Origin: Octopus vulgaris
Taxonomy: Eukaryota
Direction of reading: 5' to 3'
NCBI GenBank assembly: GCA_951406725.2
Contig: OX597822.1
Coordinates: forward strand, 109,244,001-109,308,000
Length of the DNA: 64,000 nt
This document shows, in pieces, positions 27,623-41,800 of the stretch. Within the stretch, counting starts at the first letter, position 1. The number at the start of each line of letters is the position of its first letter. The position numbers were made by a program, and so were the translations under genes. The notes beneath the pieces are model-generated. The model made no database searches, was not told where the DNA came from, and saw nothing but the letters and a program-made list of their open reading frames with translations.

Positions 27623-28449
27623 GTGAAGTTTACGATAAAAGAATCTTAAAAAAAAAACACATTAGATTGCATCCGCTAATATATATTTGGCTTATTCAAG
27701 ATGATAACGTGGGATGTGATGGCAAGTTTGTTGCAATTTTTTAGCAAAAACGCCGGGAACTGCGTTAACTACTTCTTCGCGTCAAGCCAGTCATATGTAA
27801 GTTGATACAGTTTATAAAATTTACCTGTAATTTGATACTGCCTCCTAACAAAGTCGTTTTTTCTTATGAGGGGGTAACTTTCACAGGTATGTGTGTTATT
27901 TAAAGTTATATTTGATTCTAATCAATTGCCTTAGTTCTACTATTCTTAGTGTCTTTTACTATCATCTCCAAAATCAACAGATACATTTTAGAGAAAATAA
28001 GTTCATATGAGTAAAATTAGTATTGCATTTTCTGTGTTGCCTGAAATAGGATTCAACCGGTCAACTTATGACATTTGTCACCTGAATATATCATTCAGAT
28101 TGTTTTAAAACAATGATAAAAATAACCCAGCTAAATGGAGGAGGGGCGGTTTGTTCAGTGATCATGAATATTTATTAACTTTATTCTCATATATCAACAA
28201 CAAAATCGCATGCAATGGCAGATTTACGGCGCCTTGTTTATAACCAAAAAACTATATCAATAAATTCCAAATATACGCACTTGCATAAAGTATGCATACA
28301 CTCTCAGAGATATTAATACATAAGCACACACGTAAATATAAACTACCAGGCAAATATTCCAGGAACAAAAAAAAAATCATTACTTTTTTTATTGACACCA
28401 TCATATGGATAAGTCTTCAATGTCAAACTTCTAATTTCGCTGCAATGGG

Positions 28450-28737
28450 TAAGACGATAACATCGACTCCTGAGCTCGGCTGGTGCTTATTTCATCGGCC
28501 ACGAAAATATGAAGACAAACCGACCTCGGCAGAACATAAAGAATTTTGGCTGGCCTGCTAACGATTCTACCAGCTCAGCGACTTCACAAGACCTATTATC
28601 AATATCACCTAAACATTTGTATGGGTGCAGTAGGAAGGTTGCTCTTAACGACACGTTTCTGGGTTCAGTCTCACAGAATGAAACCTTGGTCAAGTGCCTT
28701 CTATTATAGTCCCCTTCAAAGACTTGTGAGTGGATCC

Positions 28738-28740
<3 letters not shown>
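28450..28740. mobile_element. Decayed SINE B (minus) and SINE A head (plus) fragments
   Basis: cgacctcggc..ctaacgattctaccagctc and ggttcagtctcac..ccttggtcaagtg..ttgtgagtggat. Confidence 0.6.
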
Positions 28741-28793
<53 letters not shown>

Positions 28794-29157
28794 CTCTGAA
28801 TATACCCCTTGAAATATACTGCCTGTATAAGCGCAAACTCCTTCATACCGGTGTCTACAAAAGCTTAATTAAAAAATGTAAGACTTCATAACATTAAGTA
28901 ATGATTAGCAAAGCAAAACCGGTCGACAATGCACGCAATCTAATGAATTTAATAATCTTCATGTACACAAACAAAATTTCCGGGTTTTTTTTACATCAAA
29001 TCTTATTTTATATATATCACGACGTGAAAACCCCTGGAATTTATATATACGTAAATATATACGAAAGAAGGTTTGACAATGCAACTTTAAAAGATGTTTA
29101 TTTACATATATATATATATATGTTTGTGTTTTCGTGTGTGTGTGTATATATACATGT

Positions 29158-29537
29158 TGAGGTGCAATAACCCAGTGGTTAAGGCAGTTGACTCGCGGTT
29201 GTAGGATCGCAGTGTCGACTCCTAGACCGATCGTTGTGATAGATTATTAAGCGATAACACCTAAAGCCCCACAAGGCTCCGGCAGAGGATGGTGGCAAAA
29301 CCTGCTCTATTGTTTCACCACAATTTTCCCTCATTCTTTCTTCCTGTTTCTTTTGTACATTTAGTTCAAAGAGCTAGCTTTGTCACACTCTGTGTCACGC
29401 TGAATGTCCCCGAGAACTACGTAAATGGTACTCGTGTCTGTGGCGCGATCAGTCACTTGCACGTTAATTTCACGAGCTGGCTGTTCTGTTGATCGGATCA
29501 ACTGTATTTCTCGTCGTAGTGACCGACGGTGTGCTAC
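29158..29537 (+). mobile_element. SINE family C, older copy
   Basis: Collinear with 27224-27600. Confidence 0.9.
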
Positions 29538-30708
29538 GTGTATATTCTCACACGCAGAGTCACATTCAGTCTCACGCTCACACCCAAATATCTATAAATT
29601 TTGCTTTCATTGATTATTTCTCGTGATCTAAATTTCCTCCTGGTTCAGTTGTTCTTCTCTTTCGATGGCAAGGATCACTAAAATATGCAGCACTCGTATA
29701 AAACAGATTTTAAAGAAACATGCGAAGAATTTTCTCTTTGAAGTCGTGACGCTGATTTTCTGATCTCGTGTCTTATGCGATATTCCTCTCCATGTTTTTC
29801 TCTTGACAAATAGAACTCAATTACAGAGTTGATTTAATTAAATTGCAAAGATTACTGACTTCTAACAACTATTTTTTTCTGTTAGTTCAGACTAAATTTT
29901 GATTTTGATTATCCCTAGCGTTTTTAACTACGGGAAAATTGTTCTAATGGCTTTTACATAGACAATTTCGCAGAAGATTATCAAAGAAGGGAAAGCCACT
30001 TCATTTGGTCGAATATCATACCGTATACTCGAGGCCGCTGTTTGATGACTGTAACTTCAATGCTGCGAGTTTTGATATATTTTAAGACGACAATATTGGT
30101 CATAATCTCCATCGACTTATTATAACATCTTGATATTATGTTCATATAAATACTCCATTTTGTTTTAATACAGGTTTCTAAACATTTTCATGAAACATAT
30201 GATAGTGTGTAAGCATGTATGAAAGCGATTATATAGACGTATCAGTTTGTTTACACATTTATATCTGTTCGTGTATTGTCAGCATGTAAGCATACACAGA
30301 TACATACATACATGCATACATACATTAATACTTAAGCTGTATTTTTAATTTATAATTCGGCATGCTTGTATATTTTTATGAGCTATGTAAATTACTTGCT
30401 AATAAATTCCATATAGAATTTGCAAAACTAAGTCTACATAAAACAAATGAAACGTTGACATTTAACTTGTAAAATCAGACACGTAATTTCATTTTGTGCA
30501 TTGAAGACTTAATTTACTTTCATTGTTATTCTTCGTTTAATGTTCGTGAAGCGATTACTTGAATCAAAGGATCCGTGTAGTACAAAGGCGATGAATTGTA
30601 AACATATCAACAATGGTGATATTGTAATATGAAGTGGTAAAATATGGAGTGCAGTAAACACAATGGAGATTCAGTACCAACATACATGTACGAGGGGGAG
30701 AGTGGGTG

Positions 30709-30745
<37 letters not shown>

Positions 30746-31123
30746 TGTGTGTATTTATGTATGTATGTGTATGTGTGTGTATATGTATATTTATATATAT
30801 TCACCGCACTGTATACATATACGCATATCTATATATGCAAATATGCTTCTTATATAATTACGTGTGTAAATTCTTTTTGCGCGTGTGTGTTTATTAAGAG
30901 GTTATTTCTCTTTGCGCTCATATCTACTATAATGCATAAATATTTATGATAAATTAAGTATGGCATTACTTTCATATGTTTATATTTCGTAAAATATATT
31001 CGCTCTAGAAACTTTTGCCGGTTTTCACTTTTCTTTCGGTATATCGTTTCGAAATTTGAAATTATCCAATTCATTTAATGTAACAACTTACTCGAATAGC
31101 ATATTAAAATTTCAGTAGAATGC

Positions 31124-31185
<62 letters not shown>

Positions 31186-31187
<2 letters not shown>

Positions 31188-31385
31188 CAGGAAGGTTTAC
31201 GAAAATAAACAATAGACGACGGCAGGAGGAGTACAAACAAATAATGTATTAGTATGGCGCTCAGGAATAGAAATAAAACAAGTCTTTTACGTTTCGAGCC
31301 TACGCTCTTCGACAGAAAGATACACAGAAACGAAACAAGGAGAGAAAAAAAATTGCGTGTAGGGGCTAACGATCCAACATGGCGT
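31186..31385 (-). mobile_element. Short PLE-type element with minimal hammerhead (31283-31320)
   Basis: Minus strand reads tcttt-CTGTCGA-a-gagc-gtag-gctc-GAAA-cg-TA-aaaga. Lies in (TA)n; relative at 59210-59322. Confidence 0.78.
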
Positions 31386-31699
31386 TATATATATATAAAC
31401 ATGTATGTATGTATGTATATATATACATTCACACACATGGACAATTTTTTTCCTAAATCAAATATATAGCATGATGTTATTTTAATCGACACGTCGTGAA
31501 GGCACCCTACACTCACTCTACTAATTTAGAGCAGCATAAAGAATAGTAAAATGCGACAACAGTTCAATGACCCTCCAACTGGATGTAGCAATCACACGCT
31601 TGTAAATACCAAATATGTTAGCCGTAAAGAAAAGCACCAAACACGGTCAAATTGTGGTAATAGAAATAATTATGTTATAGCTAACATGGTAACAACGCA

Positions 31700-32080
31700 T
31701 GAAAATGAACCCAGAACTGTCAGAACAAATAAACATAATAGTTCCGCATGCAGAGGAAAAACAATATGCCCATTGATGAAAATCTGTACGAGTGCAAATG
31801 CTGTTTATAAATTTACTGTGCACACCACGGAAGATTCGTATGTCTACATTGAGTAGACCGTTGATTCATTCAAGAATCGTTATCGTAACCATGTCGCCAG
31901 CTTCAAGAGAATCAATAAGAGACATTCAACATCTCTGGTCGATTTTGTATGGCGACTGAAGGAGGATAAATTTAGATATAACCTTACTTGTCCACATTAA
32001 AGCGTGCAAAACTATATAATATCACTTGCAGGAGATGCCGATCCTGCTCCGAGGAATCCCTGCCTATTCTGTTCTAGTTC
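31700..32080 (+). pseudogene. Penelope-like element GIY-YIG endonuclease remnant
   Basis: CRGKTICPLMKICTSANAVYKFTV..YVYIE*TVDSFKNRYRNHVASFK..HSTSLVDFVWRLKE..RAKLY..CRSCSEE. Matches the PLE Cys-rich/GIY-YIG pattern, with a stop and a frameshift. Confidence 0.88.
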
Positions 32081-32385
32081 TGTGGACCAATGGGAAGATG
32101 ATTCGTAGACATTTTGAAAGACTTTCAAGATTTCTACAGGCATAGAAACGTAATTTCGCACAATGCAGTATGAATGAATTTGAAAAAAAAACTGTTAACA
32201 ATATTTATTTTAAGGTATGGATTAATCAAGATTGCCTTTAACCTCCCTATTCTTATAAAGAGCAAGTAGCAATTTAGCTCGCTATTTGAGCGTGTGAGCC
32301 CCAAACTACACGTGCGCGTATGCCTACATCATCGTGGATACTTGCATGAGCGAATGTACATGCGCCATGGAGCTTGCGCGAAGGC

Positions 32386-32427
32386 GTTTATACATCCATA
32401 TCCGTTAATGGATATGGATGTATAAAC
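32386..32427. repeat. Perfect 18-bp-arm hairpin
   Basis: gtttatacatccatatcc-gttaat-ggatatggatgtataaac. Confidence 0.9.
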
Positions 32428-33512
32428 ACGCTGTATAGCGGGTTATTTTATTATTGATCTTCAATATAAATGAAGATATATCCTTTAATTTGCTGCTTTT
32501 CTTTATACGAAATGAGAAGATACATTGCGGAACTGTTATTTTAACGAGTTATATCAATGTTTAACCCGAAAAGACACATCTGCACCTTCGGATGCGCCTG
32601 AACCAGTTGTTAAGTATCCTCCCTATGAGTGTGTTCGTAGGTTTTTGCTTGTACGCATATAGCTATAGGGTTATGTTAAGTGAATAGGTTTAAAACATTT
32701 TGTATTGAGATTTATAATACATAAATGTAATAATTTCTTTACCACAAATGAAATTTGAATAGAATTTTTAAAATTTTATATGGTCGTAAAAAATCAATAA
32801 CCAAACATTTATCAAATGCATGATATATAATTAGTATGCCAAGAGTGTCATAATTCATAAAGAAATAACGTTTGAATTGCTCATAATGGTTACATCAATG
32901 TGTTAGTAATGAAATCAGAGCAACTTATATTAAACGCATGGATATAATAATTACTTTTAAACGACTGCGTAAGCTCTTTGCATCATACATGCTACACTAT
33001 TTATAATACCAAATCAGTAATGATATTCTACATGGGTACATACAAATGAATATATTTTCCAAATTAATCATGGACTTATGTTAGGATAAACGAAATTTAT
33101 TATACAAGCAGACAAGCAGCAACAAAAAATTATATTATTTCCTAGATATTAAAAGATATCAAACATTACAAATTCAACATATAATTTATTTGAAAGTAAC
33201 TATATTGATATTTTCATTTCAATTCCACTCATTTTAGTTCTAAATTAGCAATGTTGCCTTGTGACTTTTACCTTCTAGCTTGAAATATAGCACACTAATC
33301 GACGTATATTTAATATTTCTGACAGTACGCATTTCATTAATAGAATTCTACAAAACCCGATTTAAAATATGAATTGTAAGCATAGGAAATAGGTATATGC
33401 CAGTTTAGTTAATGTGTGAGTGAAGTTCCTACTGAAAAGGCATATGAAAATAAAGAGAGCACAGCACATGATGTTATGTCTTAAAAGTTAAAGTACTATT
33501 ACGAAGAAATAC

Positions 33513-33619
<107 letters not shown>

Positions 33620-33760
33620 TATTATTATTGACTTTCCTTGTTTGTTTTGCAAAATAGTGGTTTTGTCTCTAATAATATTTTATAATATTTTACTATAAAA
33701 TTGGATTTAATCCTAAATCTGATTTTTTTCCCTGTAAATTTGGATTTATTCCCTAATATT

Positions 33761-33862
<102 letters not shown>

Positions 33863-34142
33863 AAATGTATGTATATATACGAATAACATGCGTACCACCT
33901 GAGCGTATATCCGCAGAGTGTGTGTGAGTGTACGTATATATAAATACATGAATTTCTGAGACAGAGTGTCTATTGCAAATCCACCGTTAACGTGCCGCGA
34001 CAATTCTCAATAAATTATATGTATACATAATTTTAAGTCTGTCACTATCGGCTACTTCCACTTTCATAATTCTAGACAGAAATCATTTAACGATATGGAT
34101 ATTTGGTTATATATGTACTCATATATACGTATATATACATTC

Positions 34143-34237
<95 letters not shown>

Positions 34238-34280
34238 ATACATACACACACACTCACACACACATGCACACACACACACA

Positions 34281-34327
<47 letters not shown>

Positions 34328-34694
34328 TCGTACATATGTGTATACATACAGGTGGGAATGGTAGGAAAAAGAAAATTGCAAACACAAGCACATTAATGTA
34401 GAGACGTATAGATATATAGATATATATTTGTTTCAGTGTGTGCTGTGTACCCGTTTCGCATAGTTGACGTAGTGTCTCAGGACTCAAAGGTAATACATCA
34501 GTGACGTAAATAAGTGTATTGCAATAAAGGGTCTGTCCTTAATTGCTAGTGTTTCACTGCAACTGTCGAACCTAATTCATTTCATCATTCATCACTGGTT
34601 TCCTTTGGCACTGTAAATATCGTGCTCTTATAACTAACAATTTATGTAGTGCATGCATATATATGTATACACATACATATACATATATATACAT

Positions 34695-34725
<31 letters not shown>

Positions 34726-34753
34726 GATATATAGATATAGATATATATGTATG

Positions 34754-34818
<65 letters not shown>

Positions 34819-36043
34819 TATAGTGTGATTCTATATAAATCTGCACTTGCATGCATAAAAGTAAAACCTATGTGTACCATGTGCTATATCAGCATTTGTG
34901 TACTGAATATGTTCGAGTTGTTGCGTGTTACGTAAAAATATACAGATATATAAATAGATGAAAAGTGTACACGCGTGACAGAGCTATAAACATATATGTG
35001 TGTGTTTGTGTGTGTGTGTGTGTATGTGTGTTTGTTAGGGATGAAGGAAGTGAAAGTCGGGAGAAAGAGACAGGAATTTAGAGTGAGAAACAGAGAGATT
35101 CATACACACACAATTCATATAAATTCATATATGAATACTAGTATATCTAACGAAAGTTATGAGGAGAAAATATACCATAAAAAAAAAACGGAAAAGAGAG
35201 AGAAAGATACGTAGAGGTTGTATGTGGCATAGTTCAAAGTATTATTGTGAGACGAAGCAATGAAGAGTAAGTTTTACTGCTTAGCGTTTAGTCTGGCGTC
35301 ACTTGTGCTTCTTGAGGCTTTTTATGTCAGTTTTCATTAGCATCAGGAATGATATAAATGATATTGACAGCCGAAAGAGCGTGTCTGCAGAAGGAAGAAA
35401 CGTAAATAGTTAGTTATTGATAACGCTGTAATGTTGATATTTACCATACACCGACACACACATTCACACACATGGACTCACACGCAGATATTTGGCGTAA
35501 AGCAGCTTCTAACTCGTGGTGATCGTAATTGAGATGATTTGTTGACAATTAGCGATGCTATAACCAGCCGCTATATCATTTATAATCTTAAACAACCCAG
35601 AGTTTCACTGTTATTATGAATTGCGATTTCTTCTTTGTTTGGTGTAACAGTTTTCAGTAATAACATGGCTCACGACTAAAAACATTTGTGCCAGTATGTT
35701 GTCTACAAGGAATAAAAAATCTTATTAATGGTAAACAAATCGATTCTTCAACGGCATCAGACATTGCAATTTAAAAATGTATTCATAGGATTATTCATTC
35801 TAAGTAAAGTTTCCATCATTCAAATATTTTTTTATTCGTAGATTTACATCAATCCCTATACTGCGCCCATGCTAGAACATTGTGTATGAATGGATGTGTT
35901 TCATTATATTAAAGACACTACGAAATTCTACATGGTACTGACTTTACCTCTAGCTATCAAAATAATAACTTAGCATCTGAAATAAATGGAGTGTCTTTGT
36001 ACGTATGCATATATCTAGATAAGTCTGTTCATATATGTATATA

Positions 36044-36495
36044 CAAGGTCTGACCAATAAGTACCCTGATTGTTGTAATATTAAGGAAGCTAATGCACAC
36101 CTAGTAAAACCGTTTCGCAAACACTGGCCTTCAACTCTCCCGCATGCGCACTAACTTTCAACGACCAAAGCGACACTCGGGTTACAGTTGCACAAGATCT
36201 ACTTGATTGTATCGAGAATAGGGGCTTCTCAGCAGATATCGAAAAACTTTTGTCGAAATTTCACGCAGATTCAACTTTCTCTGTCTTGGTCAACATGACG
36301 ATCACACGCAAGCTCTTCTGTAAACAGTGGAATTGTTCCAAGCTCTTCTGTAAACAGTGGAATTGAGATAGAATGTTAAAATTTAGTGCGCATGCACAGC
36401 AGCGATGAATGTCAACTTCTGCCAAGCGTCGTTACACTGCGTGCTTTAGTTTCACTACTATGGCAACATTCCAGATACTTATTGGCCACACCATG
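36044..36495. mobile_element. Tc1/mariner-type MITE
   Basis: TA-flanked imperfect TIRs caaggtctgaccaataagta / tacttattggccacaccatg; inner inverted gcatgcgcactaa / ttagtgcgcatgc; internal 27-bp tandem duplication at 36309-36365. Confidence 0.75.
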
Positions 36496-36807
36496 TATAT
36501 ATATATATATATATATGTGAGTGTGTTGAAAAGATAAACTTCAATTTCTCCTTTAATTTAGAGGGTTCCAAAGGGGCGATCTCTAATAAAGATTCTTCAT
36601 ATTTCCTTGGTAGCTTCCTGGCAAAAGCAAGATTTTTTGGAATATGAAAGTATTTCATGTATATGATATGTATTGAGAATTTTATATTATATCATTTTAT
36701 ATCGGCTGTATACTGTCAACTTAACGTGGCAGTCCCGTAAAAGGAATCACACCACCGCTATTTCGCCCAAGGAAGCATTGACGCTACCTGTCGGCATGTG
36801 ACGAGAA

Positions 36808-37402
36808 TGTAGCATAATGCAGGCTTCCAAACGTTACAGTTTCCAATTTTCATTGAGTTGATATGGAATACACTTATCCAACTTTCTCACTTTACCGATT
36901 TGAACTAGGTGAGCCAATATTGTTTTCTTGCTAACACCAAACAACAACTATAATTCACGGGCACTTTGAGATGGATCTGACTCAACGGTGGCTTTATTTC
37001 GTTATTATTCACTTTTGTTTCTGGTCGACACCGTTTCTCATCTGTGTGGTCAAATTTATCAGAACGAAATTTTGCAAACCAATTCTGTATCTGTCTGCTG
37101 TGTAATAACATTAGAAAGAAATAATCCAATAATATTCCGAGCTGTCTGTGATGCTGTTTTTCCAAGAAAGAACTCATATTTTAAGGCTGTAGGAATTTCC
37201 GACTTATCCATCTCCGAACAAAAATGGCAAGAAAGATTTCTAAATACTTTGTAAAGCGCAAAATGAGATAGAATAAAGAAATAGATGTGCCAGCTTCCTA
37301 CCAAAAGATAAAGATTAGCAATATATAATAATGGCGCAAAACGAGCAGCTGTTAAATTTTACCATATACCTTACTACAAATTTGCTTGGCGACGTAATAT
37401 AT
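36808..37402 (-). pseudogene. Mariner transposon 5' remnant (transposase N-terminal HTH)
   Basis: MDKSEIPTALKYEFFLGKTASQTARNI...QNWFAKFRSDKFDHTDEKR; homologous to 45525-46093. Confidence 0.9.
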
Positions 37403-37679
37403 GGAAGCATTAAACAGTAAAGAAATTGTAGATAAAGAAATATAACATCACATATTGCACCTCCAATATATGTATTTATATGTTTATACAAATTCATTTA
37501 TATCAATGTCACTCTCTTCCCCTCTCTCTCTCCCTTTCTCCATTTCTCTCCCTTTCTCCCTCTCTCTCTAGATATAGATATATACATACATACATATATA
37601 TATATATATATGTGTGTAAAGATATAATATATATGTATGTATAAATATAAATACACATGTATATATACATACATACCCT

Positions 37680-37720
<41 letters not shown>

Positions 37721-38267
37721 CTTTATGTGTGCAATATAACGTATAGTTTTATATACCGTTAGATTTACTCGCCAATTTATGAACAGATCTCATTCTTACA
37801 TACTTTGATCAACCAATACTACGAATTATCCGAATTCATCATCTGACTGATTAAGTAATGTTGCTGCAAATACAGAACCGGATAACGATCAATGTAACTT
37901 TTATCGCTTAGTTATAAACTGGATTTGAATTGACGTATAGATTGCAAATATCTTTATCTTAGAATAATAAGTGTTTCTATCACTTTATATTCAGAATTAA
38001 ATATCTTGTAGAACAATGGTTTAGATTCTTCACTAGTTATTGTTTAACTTTAACGCGAATACTTAACGAGCACTTTATAAATAGTAATCACTATCACCGT
38101 AGTTTGACAATACGAAGACCATTTAGTGGTTAGCTAAACCAATACAGAGATCTTGATACAGACAAGCAGTTTGTAAGTATGTTAGAATTCTCATATCTAA
38201 GACATATCAATGCGGTGTTATATCTTTGCAAGTAAATGCGTATATTATATTTTTAATATAATGTATC

Positions 38268-38361
38268 TATATTTTCAATATGATATATAAATTCATAGTG
38301 TGTTATGTATGCGCGTGCGTATTAATATGCATATAAATGTGCATATATACATAAACATATT

Positions 38362-38399
<38 letters not shown>

Positions 38400-38434
38400 A
38401 TATATATATATATATAAACATATATATATATAAG

Positions 38435-38473
<39 letters not shown>

Positions 38474-38570
38474 ATAAATATGTTTATGTATATATGCACA
38501 TTTATATGCATATTAATACGCACGCGCATACATAACTCACTATGAATTTATATATCATATTGAAAATATA
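38268..38570. repeat. Near-perfect palindrome (~115-bp arms) centred on a microsatellite
   Basis: 38268-~38385 is the reverse complement of ~38455-38570, with one visible mismatch in the unique part. Confidence 0.96.
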
Positions 38571-38778
38571 CAGATCGTGTATCAATAGCTATCTTGATGG
38601 CGGTGGCCTCATGGAGCTATAAGAATGTCATATTAATATGGCGATAACAATTAATTTCCAGTAAACGTTGCCGTAATCTCTTTTATAGAGGCTTAGTAAT
38701 TTTAATATTTTTATAGAGACTTAGTAATTTTAATATTTCTATTAAGTATATATATATATATGTATATATATTTATGTA

Positions 38779-38830
<52 letters not shown>

Positions 38831-41800
38831 CACACATATGTGTGTGTGCTAATGGATCAAAAACGAATAGAGGACATTAAAAAGGTCCGGACAGATAGAC
38901 GACACAAACACGGACAAGAGAAACAACAATTAGAAGGACAGGCAAAAAAGACGGGTCATTCGTGGCTTTCTTCCTTCAGTCAAGTACCAGAAGTCACAAC
39001 CATGTCGGCCACTTACTCTTGAGAGTAAATCAAAATTCCATAAATACTATTTTAATTCTGTATTGACTAGAATGAGGAAATTTATCGCTCAAGAACGACT
39101 TCAGTTTGAATAATTTTCATGAGGTTTCATATTTTGATACTTGTACTAAATTCATTCAATTCTAGGAATTAAATGGTTTTGACTTACTGCCAGGTGCCTT
39201 ATGGCTAATCCTGTATATAATGATTAAATTATATTACATTACCATATCAGTAGTTTATAAAATGTGCTTTTCTATCAAGTTTATTCCCTTCTTCAATGTT
39301 GGTGTATCTCCCAGGCAGTAGACGTGGAATGCTGTCAAAGAGATCTCATGAAATGGCTACGATTGTAATTTTAGATATAAATATGTAGCGCTTATATAAA
39401 TGAAAATATATTACTTTACATATGTCACGTATTATAACTACGCCGCACCAAACAAACGTATATACAAATACACACCTGGGAGAAATGAATGCACTCATGT
39501 ATATCGCAGTGTTTCTTCGTTTGAGTTTTGTACATACAGATTTTATGTATATGTACTTATACATCTATAACTGCATGCATCTGTGTGCATATATTAAATA
39601 TCTATATATATATATATGGAAACAAGGTCATATACATGTAAGTATACATATATGCACACAAACACACACTCAGACATACACACACGTATTAAATACTTCT
39701 TTTTAGTTGTTAAATAAATAAAATCTTAGCACAAGACTTCATGGTTACTGTATGTATTTTTAGCAATGTAGATGTTTAACTTTCACAATGAAAATATTAA
39801 ATGCGCTTCTGAGGTTCCGGACTGCTCACTTTCTTCAGACTATGCATTTCTAATAAGAATTACTTCATTTATGATAACATTACATAGTATATGGCAAGTT
39901 ACTCCCTTTTGAGAATCGAAAGAATTACGTGAAATGATGCCCACTGACAATTAAGAGTGGCCTAGGCACCTCAGATATGCTCATTTGTTTTTGAGTGAGA
40001 ATTTAATTGATGTATTTGTAAATAGATGTAGCAACCTAACATCTCGTCATTCTTTGTGCAGGGATTTTTTTTTTTGCATTGGGTTCACAAATAAGTATTT
40101 GTAGATAATTTGGTCACCCCTATGTGTCAGCTGTTGTTGAATCGGTGTCCTCATTATTACGAAATTTTAAACTACATGTTTTGAGAAAAGAAAAAAAAAA
40201 GAGGGAAAAATAGGAGATAAAAAAGAAAGTTTAATGGGAACTAAGAGAAGATAAAAGGGGCGGGGAGAAAGGCTACGAATAATCCTTCCTCGTTTTTGCT
40301 TTCTGTCTTTGTATCCTCTATCTGTCCGTATGCTTTTTATTGCCATCGGTTACGTTCTTATTCCGTTTTTTTTACTTATATATAGCGGTGTATGTACACC
40401 TTTTTCTCACCCTGTAAGTAAGTTAATTTCGTTCGTTATCTCTTCGTAGTTGGCAGTAGCAGCTACGATCGAGAGCACGAGTGTGTGTGTCCGTGTGTTA
40501 TTGACGAGACGATTGGTGGACGGCCGACACGAGTTCTCAGTCGTCGGCAGTAAATCCTCGATGATAATCTTATCCAAGCATGTCTATGTGCGTGTGTGTG
40601 TTTTCATTTATCGAGCTCATTTGTTCACAAGCACAAAAAGTCTAAAACGCCCTTACCTCGTTGTTGATCAATTAAATCGCTTTTCTAGACTCTGTGGCAT
40701 AAATATTCCCTCCCGGACGCGACGCCGATCCGTCGCCGGCTATTTCATCTTTTCCTACTGGGTGCACAATAAAAAGTGAAATAGAGTGTTATGATGAAGA
40801 ATAAAACTCATTACTCGGTCCAGGAGTCGAAACCTCAGTTTACGCTGATAATGACAACACCCTAATCAGTAAGCCAATCACCTTCTCGTCATAGGTGTAT
40901 GCAAGTACACAAATACATACGGACACAAATACACATGTACATATATATGTACACAGACATAGATGCAGAACCACAAACACTCGTGATATATGTAAAAAGA
41001 TGTACATACACACTAACACACATATACACACAAACACACACAGACGTATACACAAATTCGCCTCACATTACCTATTTCCTGAAAACGCGTAAATTAAAAA
41101 GAATCTCGCACAGCCTGGAAGAAATATGTAGAAGTGGGAATTTTTTTTTTTGTATTATGTTCGTAGTTGATGATGTGAATCTAAGAATTTCATAATATAT
41201 AGAAATATCAATCATTATCAATGCCTTTCTTTATTTTTCTTTTGTTTTAGATGTGTATTGATTATAGCTTTATGGTGCAGTAAAATTACATTCATTGTTT
41301 CATTTTCTCCTTCTTTGAAGTTTGGTTAATTTCGATTCAAATATCTACGCTATATTTATATCAGTTTGCAGTTTAAATTTAGATATACTCTTCAGCAAAA
41401 TGGCATTTCCTGTGACTATGCATATGGAATATTTGATAAGCTAGAAGTTTTTGTCCGTTAAATTGAGAGTAATGCTTCAAGAGTACATAAGATATTGATC
41501 AAATCTTCGGGAACTGCAAATTTTCTTACCGCATTATTAAAAGTTACTTCGATACTGTTGATCATTGGTACGTATATATACTTGTCTGCTTCCACTGACC
41601 AGCCGACAATCAGTTATTATAATTATATCTTCATATATTCCATAATCATGTATGACTACTTGCGTATTATAGTTAGTTCTACATGCAGTAAGATCAGAAG
41701 AAAATGTATACCTACCAGGCCTTGGTTCAATGGGATTGTCGATAGGAAAGATTTTGGATTGGCCTCCGGCTAAACAAGAACATTAGCAAAATCAACAAGA

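Noticed and set aside
38860-39025. Possible further PLE-type short element next to a microsatellite
   Set aside because: There is only one copy in the window and the HHR core is too degenerate to support.
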